A program made the translations under genes and the position numbers. The notes below the pieces were generated by a model, which worked only from the letters and a program-made list of their open reading frames with translations, searched no databases and had not been told where the DNA came from. Source: a virus. Taken from it: a DNA stretch of 64,000 nt. The first letter of the stretch is position 1; every line of letters starts with the position of its first letter. The stretch is taken from positions 32,001 through 96,000 of the IMG/VR virus record IMGVR_UViG_3300043499_000238, one strand, 5' to 3'. Positions 38,004 to 47,186 of this stretch are shown here, in pieces.

Positions 38004-38513
38004 GTGGCCGCCAGCGATCACGTCAACCCTGATCAGCTCCAGCTCTTCATGACGGGCACGGAGTTGAAGGGTGCGATCACCGACTCGATCGACCGCAATC
38101 CGCTCGGTGGCTTCGGCGGCACGATGGACAAGATGTGGGCGACCAAGCTGCGCCAGTCCAAGCGCCCCGCCGACCATCCCGGCCATGGTGCTGGCATCTA
38201 CCAGTCGATGAAGCAGCACGGGTGGAACCCACCCGAGCAGGTGTGGGGTGACGAGGCTCCTGGGTGGGACAACGCAGGCTTCGAGATCAACCACGTCCGC
38301 AAGTACGGAGGCATCCCCGAGTGGGACCGTACCGAGGTCTCTGTCACGGGCGCCCACCACCGCATCGCTGCGGCCGCCGACATCGAGGCCAAGACCGCTG
38401 GCACGAAGAGGCCGCGCACGATCTACTTCCCGACGGCCAACAACCAGTACGAGCACCCGTCGATCATCCCGCCAGATCGCACGCCAGCGAAGAGCGATCG
38501 CCTTGCCCGCTGA
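38004..38513 (+). CDS. ParB/Srx-like domain protein with N-terminal DHVNPDQL tag
   Basis: IYQSMKQHGW...VSVTGAHHRIAAA resembles the ParB-N GxHR motif. Confidence 0.55.
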   Translation: MAASDHVNPDQLQLFMTGTELKGAITDSIDRNPLGGFGGTMDKMWATKLRQSKRPADHPGHGAGIYQSMKQHGWNPPEQVWGDEAPGWDNAGFEINHVRKYGGIPEWDRTEVSVTGAHHRIAAAADIEAKTAGTKRPRTIYFPTANNQYEHPSIIPPDRTPAKSDRLAR

Positions 38514-38841
38514 CGAACACCTCGGGCTGCAGTTCGACTACGACAACCCCGAGCTGGGCACAGCGAAGGTCGTCCACCGGGTCACAGCGAGAGCAGGCCC
38601 ACTGTTGAACGAGGTGGGGCGGATGCTCTGGAACAGTCGCAGCATCCTCAACATCGACGTCGATCCGCAGCACGCACGTCGTGGGGTGGCGACATCGATG
38701 TGGAACGAAGGTCACCGGCTCGCCGAGCAGAACGCTCGCGTCCCCGCACCCAAGCACTCACCCGATCGCACAGCGATGGGCGATGCATGGGCGCGCTCGG
38801 TCGGAGGGCAGCTTCCCCGGCGCAAGAGAGACGCTGGTTAG
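38503..38841 (+). CDS. GNAT acetyltransferase with N-terminal EHLGLQF tag
   Basis: ILNIDVDPQHARRGVATSM (motif A) and TAMGDAWARS; TTG start at 38503. Confidence 0.75.
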   Translation: MPADEHLGLQFDYDNPELGTAKVVHRVTARAGPLLNEVGRMLWNSRSILNIDVDPQHARRGVATSMWNEGHRLAEQNARVPAPKHSPDRTAMGDAWARSVGGQLPRRKRDAG

Positions 38842-38851
38842 AGTTGGCCTG

Positions 38852-39259
38852 ATGCCACCCCGAGCACGTACCCCAGCAACACCCGCAGAAGTCGAAGTCG
38901 AGGTGACGCCTCCCGACGACCTTGGTCCCTCGGGTGTGCGCAGCCTGGAGCCGGAGCCTGACCCCGAGACGGACTACGACGGCGTGGACGAGGTCGAGCA
39001 GCCGCGCGATGACATCGCCACCACGCAGAACTTCTACGGAGGGCACCCCACGCAGGGTGTCAACGAGGTGGTCGAGATCCAGCCGGAGATCCTCGAAGGT
39101 GACGAACCGACGTACCGCATCCGCCTGACCCAGGACATCGACACGATCTTCATCGGCATCGACAACCCGATCCCACCGATGAAGAAGGACGTCCTCTACG
39201 AGGTCAACCAGCGCGTCTACGACTACCTCCTGCCCAAGGGCTTGATTCAAGGGAAGTGA
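38852..39259 (+). CDS. Acidic virion-associated hypothetical protein
   Basis: TAGAGT-7 nt-ATG; lies after the capsid gene. Confidence 0.6.
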   Translation: MPPRARTPATPAEVEVEVTPPDDLGPSGVRSLEPEPDPETDYDGVDEVEQPRDDIATTQNFYGGHPTQGVNEVVEIQPEILEGDEPTYRIRLTQDIDTIFIGIDNPIPPMKKDVLYEVNQRVYDYLLPKGLIQGK

Positions 39260-39262
39260 CCA

Positions 39263-39604
39263 ATGGCCAAGACATCCGCCAGCAACGATGAGCCGACCGG
39301 CGAAGAGGTCGACGCTCCAGAGCAGACCGACGCTCCGCCCGAGGAGACTCCGCCGGAGGGCGAGGAAGCAGAGCAGGCCACCGAGAGCGAGCCGCAGGCG
39401 GCGACGTTCGAGCTGCCGCCCACGCTCAAGGACGCCGGTCTCAACGGCGTCGTCGCCACGTCGTCGGGTCAGTACAGCACGCCCGGCGGTTCGAGCTTCT
39501 TCCTCACCCCGGGGCAGGGCTATGCCATGTCGCCCGAGGACGCACAGGCGTTGATCGACATGGGTGTGGCCAAGGCTCTGGATGACACCAGCGCTCCGAC
39601 CTGA
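39263..39604 (+). CDS. Acidic hypothetical protein
   Basis: ORF track. Confidence 0.6.
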   Translation: MAKTSASNDEPTGEEVDAPEQTDAPPEETPPEGEEAEQATESEPQAATFELPPTLKDAGLNGVVATSSGQYSTPGGSSFFLTPGQGYAMSPEDAQALIDMGVAKALDDTSAPT

Positions 39605-41043
39605 TGCCCTACAACGTCCCCAACGGCCCCGACGTACCCGTCGTAGATCTCGCCGAGCCTGACTCGGGGGACTTCCTCGCGCTCGGCTACCAGCGCACGG
39701 GAGTGGTGTCAGGGGGCACGGTGACCCAGTCGGGGTCGCCGAACATGACGGTGTTGGTGGCGGCTGCCGAGATCGTCATCGAGGGCGTGCCGATCACCAA
39801 GACCGCAGGGTCGGTGGTGCTCGATGCCTCTACGGCCAGCCCGCGCTTCGACCTCATCGGTTGGAACGTGGCTGGCGCCCCGGTGGCGATCAAGGGCACG
39901 CCGTCCAACAACCCGTCGTTCCCGGTGTTCGACCCGTCGGTGTTCTGCGTGACGGCGGCGATCTACGTGACCGCCGGTACGTCGACCATCACGTCGCCGT
40001 ACATCGTGCAGAAGCAGGTGGTCCCACCGCTCGCCCTGCGCCGCCACTACGCCAACGACACCGACATCGTCATCGAGTCGACCACGCCGATGCGTGGTGC
40101 CAACGCCTTCCGCCTGCTCGCCAGCGGCGCAATGCAGTGGCTCTCCAGCACGCTCGCCTCGATCAACGAGACGGTGATGGAGATGGTGGCGACGCTGCAG
40201 ATCCGCCAGACCGCCAACACCGACAAGGCGTTGATCCTCAAGGTCACCGGGACGGGCGTCAAGGGCAACAACATCTTCGAGGTGCAGGGCGCCTCGGCGC
40301 TCGCGCCGCTCGTCGGCATCGACACCATCGGTCGCTTCTTCGCCACCAACCTCCGCGTTGGCAACGGCTCGCCCGAGGGAGCGGTCACCGCTGATGCTGG
40401 CACGCTGTTCATCAACGAGGCGCCGACCGACGCCAACACGGCGTTGTACGTCAAGCTCACCAACGGCGTCGCCACCGGGTGGGCTGCGCTCGGTGCGTTC
40501 GTACCGTCGTCGCAGGCGGTGCCCGTTGGCACGGTGATCGCCTGGCCGGGTGTGCTCGTCTCGATGCCCGTCGGCTACCTCTACTGCGACGGCACCGAGT
40601 ACGCCTCGTCCGCCTACACCGCTCTGTCGGACTGGTGCGCCGGTCGCTTCGGTGCGGCCGCCGTCGGCAACTTCAAGCTGCCCGACTACCGCGGCCGCAC
40701 GCTGTTCGGTGTGGAGGGCACGCTGGCCACGGCGCCCGGTACCAACGTCGGCGCAGACACGGTCACGCTCACGCTCGACCAGATCCCGTCGCACACGCAC
40801 CCGACGACCGAGACGCCTCACGGCCACGCTCAGGACGGCGCCTACCTCTACAAGGTCGACCAGGTGTACAGCCCGCCGTGGAACATCGACCACAACGACA
40901 GCACCGGTCTCGGTGTCGGCGTCGAGGCCAACGACTCGGACCACACGATCGAGACCGGTCTCACCGTGCAGGCGGTGGGTGGCGGCCAGCCCTTCTCGAC
41001 CTACCAGCCGTCGCAGTCGACCTACTGGATCATCAAGACGTAG
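39604..41043 (+). CDS. Fibre protein with phage tail-collar domain
   Basis: PVGTVIAWPG...GYLYCDG...FKLPDYRGR...IPSHTH...QPSQSTYWIIK. Confidence 0.85.
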   Translation: MPYNVPNGPDVPVVDLAEPDSGDFLALGYQRTGVVSGGTVTQSGSPNMTVLVAAAEIVIEGVPITKTAGSVVLDASTASPRFDLIGWNVAGAPVAIKGTPSNNPSFPVFDPSVFCVTAAIYVTAGTSTITSPYIVQKQVVPPLALRRHYANDTDIVIESTTPMRGANAFRLLASGAMQWLSSTLASINETVMEMVATLQIRQTANTDKALILKVTGTGVKGNNIFEVQGASALAPLVGIDTIGRFFATNLRVGNGSPEGAVTADAGTLFINEAPTDANTALYVKLTNGVATGWAALGAFVPSSQAVPVGTVIAWPGVLVSMPVGYLYCDGTEYASSAYTALSDWCAGRFGAAAVGNFKLPDYRGRTLFGVEGTLATAPGTNVGADTVTLTLDQIPSHTHPTTETPHGHAQDGAYLYKVDQVYSPPWNIDHNDSTGLGVGVEANDSDHTIETGLTVQAVGGGQPFSTYQPSQSTYWIIKT

Positions 41044-41207
41044 TGGCTGGCTTCGAGCGCTTCTTCGGTCACCGCGACGCTGTCGACGGGATGCTCTACA
41101 CCGGCAAGAGCGACGACCCCACCGACCCCGGCACCGACAACTTCGAGCCGGGCTTGGCCAAGATGGTCGACGTCGCCCAGTCGGACGACACGCTCGACAG
41201 GGACTGA
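41043..41207 (+). CDS. Small acidic protein
   Basis: GTG overlapping the upstream stop. Confidence 0.5.
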   Translation: MAGFERFFGHRDAVDGMLYTGKSDDPTDPGTDNFEPGLAKMVDVAQSDDTLDRD

Positions 41208-41221
41208 TCTAGCCTGGCCTC

Positions 41222-42082
41222 ATGGGCCGTACCATCGAGTCGCTGATGGTCGACGCTCGCTCCTGGCTGCGTGACTTCCCGACCTACTTCACCGCCACCT
41301 CGTCGGCGACGGCGGCGTCGCACCGCACGATCGAGCTGCCTCACAAGAACATCCTGTACGCCGGGCTGGCCGTGTGGGCCACCGACGGCACGACGACCTG
41401 GCAGGGCGTGCTCGATGACCACGAGGTGACCGTGGCGGCCGCCGAGTTCGGCTACCAGCTCGATGAGCGCAACGGGCTGCTGCGCATCACCACCACGCCG
41501 ACGACGACCCCGTTCACGAACACCACGCACATCAACGTCGAGGGCTACTACGTCGAGTGGGTCGCTGACCCCGACCTCAAGTTCCACACCGTCAACACGA
41601 TCGCCGAGTACGGCTACGGCAACCCGAGCTGGACCCTGGAGACGATCGGAGACGTCGAGGCCGACCTCGTCTCACTGCGCTCCGCAGTCGATGCGATGTA
41701 CGCCCTGCTGGTCGAGTACTCGCGCGACATCGACGTGTCGACGCCGCAGGCGATGCACATCCCGGCGACGCAGCGCTTCCATCAGGTGAACGCTCTGCTG
41801 TTCGGGCCGGGCGGCCTCAACGAGAAGCTCAAGGAGAAGGAGAACATGCTCGGCGTCGGCCTGGGGGCCGCCGAGGTGGGCACCCTGCGCCGTGTGAGCA
41901 AGACCACCAACCGGCTCGTGCCGGTGTACGTGGTGCGCGAGTACGACGACATCTCGCGACCGCGGCGCCTCTTCACCGAGCCGGACACGCCGGGCCAGTT
42001 CACGCCGCCCGCTGGCTTCGTACCGGGGCGCGCCGTGATCGCTGCGCAGGGTGGCACCTTCCCCGACGAGCCGAACCCGTGA
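41222..42082 (+). CDS. Head-tail adaptor / neck protein
   Basis: Position; leaderless TAGCCT-6 nt-ATG. Confidence 0.6.
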   Translation: MGRTIESLMVDARSWLRDFPTYFTATSSATAASHRTIELPHKNILYAGLAVWATDGTTTWQGVLDDHEVTVAAAEFGYQLDERNGLLRITTTPTTTPFTNTTHINVEGYYVEWVADPDLKFHTVNTIAEYGYGNPSWTLETIGDVEADLVSLRSAVDAMYALLVEYSRDIDVSTPQAMHIPATQRFHQVNALLFGPGGLNEKLKEKENMLGVGLGAAEVGTLRRVSKTTNRLVPVYVVREYDDISRPRRLFTEPDTPGQFTPPAGFVPGRAVIAAQGGTFPDEPNP

Positions 42083-42083
42083 G

Positions 42084-42689
42084 ATGGCCTCCCCTCGCAA
42101 CGAACTGAGCCACGTCCGCCGACAGCTCAACTGGTACCAGCGCGAGCACGGCGAGGTCGTGATGTGGTTCGAGCTGGACGGCAAGCAGTCGAGCTACGAC
42201 GACACCTTCAACGTCCGCAACAAGGTGTACCGGCCGGGCGTCGCCGTACCGACACTGTGGGTCATCTACACCGAGGACACGCAGGAGTCGAACCCCGAGG
42301 GCAGCAGGCACAACCCGTCGTTGCAGTTCGCCGTGTCGATGTGGGAGTTCCGTCGTGTCGGCATCTCCGATCCCTACGACTTCGAGCGCCACCTCAACGA
42401 CCTCGTCGTCTACTACGGCGAGTACTTCTCGGTAGGCGAGTTCTCCCCGCAGGGTCGGCTGTGGCGCGACGACGTGATCCTCGCCGTCAACACCACGAAG
42501 GTGTACCCCGAGGAGGAGTTGGTCGGCAGCGAGATCCCCGATGCCGACTACGTCGCTGAGTCGACGCGCCCATCGCTCGGCATCAACGCCAGCGAGCCGC
42601 AGACGTACGTGCTTTATCCACCGCCAGCCCCACAGGCTGTGACTACCGGGACGATCTCCGGTGGCTACTCCTGGGTGAAGGCTCCGTAG
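42084..42689 (+). CDS. Head closure / neck protein
   Basis: Position and beta-rich composition. Confidence 0.55.
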   Translation: MASPRNELSHVRRQLNWYQREHGEVVMWFELDGKQSSYDDTFNVRNKVYRPGVAVPTLWVIYTEDTQESNPEGSRHNPSLQFAVSMWEFRRVGISDPYDFERHLNDLVVYYGEYFSVGEFSPQGRLWRDDVILAVNTTKVYPEEELVGSEIPDADYVAESTRPSLGINASEPQTYVLYPPPAPQAVTTGTISGGYSWVKAP

Positions 42690-42765
42690 CTCGAACCCCC
42701 GCAAGTACTGTTGGCCGTGAGACCGGATTGCGCCCGGCTCCCCAACAGTTAGCGAGTGCGTAGCA

Positions 42766-43071
42766 GTGGCGACAACGCTGTTTGAGTTCAACATGCCTGC
42801 CATCGATCTCCTCAGTGGAGTGCGGTTCGGTGCTGATCTCAACGACCTCCTCAACGGCATCGAGGAAGAGGTGCGCAGCGCTCTCACCGCTGAGGCGCCA
42901 GCCGAGAGCTACGAGGTGGAGTGGGCCGACGGTGGCCTCAGCATCGGGCTGACCGGCGACCAGGCCGAGCGCGAGTTCGGTACGCCGAGCGTGCCGATGC
43001 AGCCGCACGTACGCAACGCCGTGATGATCGCTGCCGAGAACGTGCGGCCGCGACTGGTGATCACCTCGTGA
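42766..43071 (+). CDS. Neck / tail-completion protein
   Basis: EFGT..VPMQPHVR resembles the HK97-gp10-like motif. Confidence 0.5.
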   Translation: MATTLFEFNMPAIDLLSGVRFGADLNDLLNGIEEEVRSALTAEAPAESYEVEWADGGLSIGLTGDQAEREFGTPSVPMQPHVRNAVMIAAENVRPRLVITS

Positions 43072-43814
43072 CCACCACCACGCCCGACCGGCGCGTCGAC
43101 CAACTGCATCGCGGCCTCATCTTCGCCGAGTCGTCGGCGTTGAAGGCCAAGCTGTCGGGGATCTCCGTCCCTCGACCTGGCGGGGATCCCCGGCGTGTGC
43201 GCACGTACTTCCGCTACCCCGACGAGCAGACCGAGCGCATCTACCCGTTCATCACCATCGAGTTCATGTCGATGCAGCTCGCTCGGGACCGCGCCCACTC
43301 GGCGCAGATGGTGCCGATCGACTACTGGCCGAGCGAGTACGCCACCTTCGCCGAGTACGCCGAGGCGCACAACCTCACCGAGTGGACCGGCCGGGTCGGC
43401 AGCTCCGAAGCGGTGATGTGGCACCCGTACAACATGCTCTTCCAGATCTCGGTGCACAGCCGCGATCCGATCGACGCCATGTACCTCGACGGGCAGCTCA
43501 TCGGCACGCACTACATCCCCGACCGTTGGGGCTACCTCGACATCCCCGAGGACGGCTCGTGCCGCTGGCTCGACCGCCTGGAGATGCGCACCGCCAACTA
43601 CATCGAGGGCAACCCGCAGGCGATGAACCAGACCGTGTTCCGCACGATCTACACCGTCTCGGTCAACGCCCACGTACCGCCGATCGACCCCAACGTCTTC
43701 TTCCAGGCGCTGCGCATCGTCGGCGTCATCCTCAAGATCTCGCTCCGCCCTGGATCGGATCCTGTGGTCCTCGGCTCGTGGATCAACGAAGCACCAGAAG
43801 CACCCTCCCCGTAG
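43068..43814 (+). CDS. Tail terminator / sheath stabiliser
   Basis: YPFITI motif; immediately before the sheath gene. Confidence 0.6.
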   Translation: MTTTTPDRRVDQLHRGLIFAESSALKAKLSGISVPRPGGDPRRVRTYFRYPDEQTERIYPFITIEFMSMQLARDRAHSAQMVPIDYWPSEYATFAEYAEAHNLTEWTGRVGSSEAVMWHPYNMLFQISVHSRDPIDAMYLDGQLIGTHYIPDRWGYLDIPEDGSCRWLDRLEMRTANYIEGNPQAMNQTVFRTIYTVSVNAHVPPIDPNVFFQALRIVGVILKISLRPGSDPVVLGSWINEAPEAPSP

Positions 43815-43826
43815 AAGGACGGCACC

Positions 43827-45440
43827 ATGGCCACCATCACCGACACCTACTTCCCCGGCGTCCACGTCGTAGAGCGGCCGTTCCAGCCGGGGATCAAGAA
43901 CACCGCCGATGTCACCGCCTTCGGCGCCTTCATCGGCAGGTCCGACCAGGGGCCGACCGTCCCCACCGAGTGCCGCTCGTGGGTGCAGTTCGTGGGCCTC
44001 TTCGGCTCGCACTACACCGACCTGCACAACGCCGTCTACGACTTCTTCTCCAACGGCGGGCGTCGGTGCTACGTCGTGCGCCTCGCTGGTGTCGGCGGAG
44101 CTGTGGCCTCGCTGCCGGTGTACGACGTCGCCGTGCCCGAGACGCCGGGTGCCGCCACGCCGATCTTCACCGTCACGGCGACCAACCCGGGCACCTGGGG
44201 CAACTCGCTCTACCTCGGTACGTACCCGCGCGACCCAACGAACTACCGCTTCGACGTGGCGCTGTACAAGGTGCCAGCGGGCGTCACGTTCGATGAGACC
44301 AAGCGCAACAGCGAGTACCTGGTCGACCAGTGGAACGACGTCACGCTGTTCCCCAACGACGAGCGCTACCTCTACACGGTGACCAACCCGCCGTCGGCGA
44401 CCGGCTCTGCCCTCGTGACCTTCTCGGGCACGAGCTACGACGCATCGCTGCCGAACAACCCGACCAACCGCCCAATGCCTGGGACCGGTGGTCCGTACCC
44501 CGGCTTCACGGGTGGGGTCGACGGCAGCTACACGGGCGGCTACGACCCGGCCATCGCCTACCCCGCCGCCATCGCAGCGATGCAGGTGGTGCCCGGGCCG
44601 TACGTGCTCAACATGCCGAACATGACGACGGGGTCGATCGTCAAGGGCGCCATCCAAGACGCCGCCGCCCGCGGCGACGTGTTCGTGGTGTGCGACTGCC
44701 CACTCGGACAGACCCCGACGCAGATGGCCACCTACGTCAACACCACGCTCGGACTGAACGCCTTCCAGTCCAACATCCCGAGCTTCGGCGCCATCTACTA
44801 TCCGCAGGTGTTCATGCCCGCCATCGGTGCCGCCTCGCCGGGCCGTACTGCTCTGCGCCCCGCAGGTGGGGCGATCATCGGCACGTACATGGCCACCGAC
44901 GACCAGCGCGGCCCGTGGCGCGTGCCCGCCGGTCGTGACTTCCGCCTCGGCGGTGCGCTGCAGGTCGAGTACTCGCTGACCGAGGCCGACCTCACGTCGT
45001 TGAACAACAACAACATCAACGCACTGCGCGTGATGATGGGCACGGGTGTGTCGATCATGGGCGGGCGCACGATGAAGAAGACCGCCGCCGACATGTACAT
45101 CAACGTGCGCCGCACGCTGATGGAGGTCACCCGCAGCCTCGTCAACGCCACCGAGCCGTACGTGTTCGAGAACAACGACGCACGTCTGTGGGAGCAGCTC
45201 GGCGGAGTGTGCGTCGCCTACCTCAACAACATCTTCACCCAGGGTGGGTTGAAGGGCGGCTCGCCCAGCGACGCCTACTACGTCCGCTGCGACGACACCA
45301 ACAACACGCCGCAGACCGTCTCGCAGGGCGTGGTCAACATCGAGGTCGGTGTTGCTCTGCTCACCCCGGCCGAGTTCATCATCATCACCATCGGCCAGTA
45401 CGAGGGCGGCGCCACGGCGACCACCTCGGTCAGCATCTGA
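43827..45440 (+). CDS. Contractile tail sheath protein
   Basis: FPGVHVVE, FFSNGG, PAG, YINVRR, FENND, CDDTNN and PAEFI motifs. Confidence 0.95.
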   Translation: MATITDTYFPGVHVVERPFQPGIKNTADVTAFGAFIGRSDQGPTVPTECRSWVQFVGLFGSHYTDLHNAVYDFFSNGGRRCYVVRLAGVGGAVASLPVYDVAVPETPGAATPIFTVTATNPGTWGNSLYLGTYPRDPTNYRFDVALYKVPAGVTFDETKRNSEYLVDQWNDVTLFPNDERYLYTVTNPPSATGSALVTFSGTSYDASLPNNPTNRPMPGTGGPYPGFTGGVDGSYTGGYDPAIAYPAAIAAMQVVPGPYVLNMPNMTTGSIVKGAIQDAAARGDVFVVCDCPLGQTPTQMATYVNTTLGLNAFQSNIPSFGAIYYPQVFMPAIGAASPGRTALRPAGGAIIGTYMATDDQRGPWRVPAGRDFRLGGALQVEYSLTEADLTSLNNNNINALRVMMGTGVSIMGGRTMKKTAADMYINVRRTLMEVTRSLVNATEPYVFENNDARLWEQLGGVCVAYLNNIFTQGGLKGGSPSDAYYVRCDDTNNTPQTVSQGVVNIEVGVALLTPAEFIIITIGQYEGGATATTSVSI

Positions 45441-45454
45441 GGAGGAGCATCACC

Positions 45455-46081
45455 ATGGCTGGAGTAGCACAACTCACGTCCCCCATCACGTCGAAGCCAG
45501 CGATCCGCGATCCGCTGCGCAACTTCGTCTTCCGTGTCGACTTCGTCGGCAATGCGAAGATCGGCAAGGGCTTCGCCGCCATGGGCTTCATCTCGGTCTC
45601 CGGTCAGGGGATCAACACCGAGATGATCCCGTACCGCGAGGGCGGCGACAACACGATCACGCGCAAGATGCCCGGGCAGTCCGACGTCGGCCCGCTGCAG
45701 CTCATCCGCGGCGTGTTCATGCACCCGACCTCGCCGCAGTACGAGTGGTTCAAGAACGTCTTCTCGGTGCAGTGGGGCAAGGGCAACACCGAGTGGGCCG
45801 ACGACTTCCGCTGCAACGTGATCGTGCGCGTCAACAAGCACCCAGTCACCAAGTGGAACCAGAACGGCCAGGGCGATCCCCGCGGCAACCTCTCCGCCGG
45901 GATGCTCACCTACTACTACAACTGCTGGCCGTCGGCGATGCAGTGGAACGACCTCAACGCTGGCGACAACTCGGTGATGGTCGAGACCATGACCCTGCAG
46001 CACGAGGGCTTCGACGTGTACTACGGCGAGGGAACGTTCCCCAACGGTGCACAGGGCGGCGTCAACACGCCCAACACGTAG
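45455..46081 (+). CDS. Tail tube protein (T4 gp19-like)
   Basis: DPLRNFVFRV, YREGG, KMPG, WPS...DLNA...VETMTLQHEG. Confidence 0.92.
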   Translation: MAGVAQLTSPITSKPAIRDPLRNFVFRVDFVGNAKIGKGFAAMGFISVSGQGINTEMIPYREGGDNTITRKMPGQSDVGPLQLIRGVFMHPTSPQYEWFKNVFSVQWGKGNTEWADDFRCNVIVRVNKHPVTKWNQNGQGDPRGNLSAGMLTYYYNCWPSAMQWNDLNAGDNSVMVETMTLQHEGFDVYYGEGTFPNGAQGGVNTPNT

Positions 46082-46093
46082 TAGTACGTCACC

Positions 46094-47008
46094 ATGACGA
46101 GCGAGCAGACAGAGATCCCGGTCAACCCCGAGGACGAGATCTTCGACATGTCGAAGTGGTCGACCACGCCCCCGGGCCTGGCCGCCACCGACGACGAGTC
46201 GTCACCGGAGACCAAGAACGACGCTCTGCGTCAGATGCTCGAACCGGCGCGTCCGGGCATCCCGGTGATCGATGATCCGCCACCGGGGACGGCCGAGCTG
46301 TTGTGGGGGATCGAGCGTGACGGTCGCCGCTACCGCACGGCGTTGGTGCGTGAGTTGACCGGCGCCGACGAGGAAGCGATCGCTCGCCTGCCATCGGGCA
46401 GCCCCAACTTCAACGTCATGGTGGTCGACCTCCACCTGCGCTGTGCCGTCACGCAGATCGGCGTGGTCGACGTCGAGCAGGACAAGGACGTGCTCGGTGA
46501 GCTGTTGATCTCGGACCGCGACATCCTGTTCAAGGAGGTGCTCCTCACCACCTACGGCAAGACCCGCGAGTACGAGAACGTCGCCTGCCCGACATGCGGG
46601 TTCGAGATGGACCTGCACATCGACATCGAGGGGTTGATCGAGGTCCGCAACCCGAAGACGTTCGAGAGCGACAAGTTCACCGTCACGCTGCGCGACGGCA
46701 AGCAGGTGCTGATGCGCTTCGTCAACGGCAAGGATCAGATCTCGGTGTTCCACAGCGGCTCCAAGCGGCTGACCGCCCCCGAGGCCAACACAGCGTTCCT
46801 CGCTGCGTGCGTGGAGCGCGTCGACGGCAAGGCGGTGGCCGACCCCGAGGCGTGGGCGCTCGGGCTGGGGATCGCCGACCGGCGCATACTCGTGGACTCA
46901 CTGCTGGACATCCCAGCCATCGGCTTCAAGGAGGTTGAAGTGCCCTGCGACAAGTGTGGAGAGAACCTCCCCACCGTGTTCGGTTGGGCCGACCTTCTAC
47001 CGAGTTAG
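46094..47008 (+). CDS. Tail/baseplate assembly chaperone (Zn-binding)
   Basis: VRELTGADEE, CPTCG and CDKCG; lies between tube and tape measure. Confidence 0.75.
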   Translation: MTSEQTEIPVNPEDEIFDMSKWSTTPPGLAATDDESSPETKNDALRQMLEPARPGIPVIDDPPPGTAELLWGIERDGRRYRTALVRELTGADEEAIARLPSGSPNFNVMVVDLHLRCAVTQIGVVDVEQDKDVLGELLISDRDILFKEVLLTTYGKTREYENVACPTCGFEMDLHIDIEGLIEVRNPKTFESDKFTVTLRDGKQVLMRFVNGKDQISVFHSGSKRLTAPEANTAFLAACVERVDGKAVADPEAWALGLGIADRRILVDSLLDIPAIGFKEVEVPCDKCGENLPTVFGWADLLPS

Positions 47009-47180
47009 CTACCAGGCGGTCTACGCCAACTACACCCGGCTGGTCGAGACGTTCGGCTGGAACCCGACGATCTGCAAGGCACTGACGATCAGAGAGCGCC
47101 GGTACTGGATCCAGTACCTCGACTACAAGCAGCGGCTGGAGCAGTTCAACAAGATGATGGCCCCGACACAGCAGAGGTAG
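46995..47180 (+). CDS. Second tail-chaperone segment in the +1 frame, probably frameshift-dependent
   Basis: YTRLVETFGWNP..CKALTIRERRYW resembles the short chaperone segment before tape measure genes; no well-placed start codon. Confidence 0.55.
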   Translation, partial: FYRVSYQAVYANYTRLVETFGWNPTICKALTIRERRYWIQYLDYKQRLEQFNKMMAPTQQR

Positions 47181-47186
47181 GTAGGT

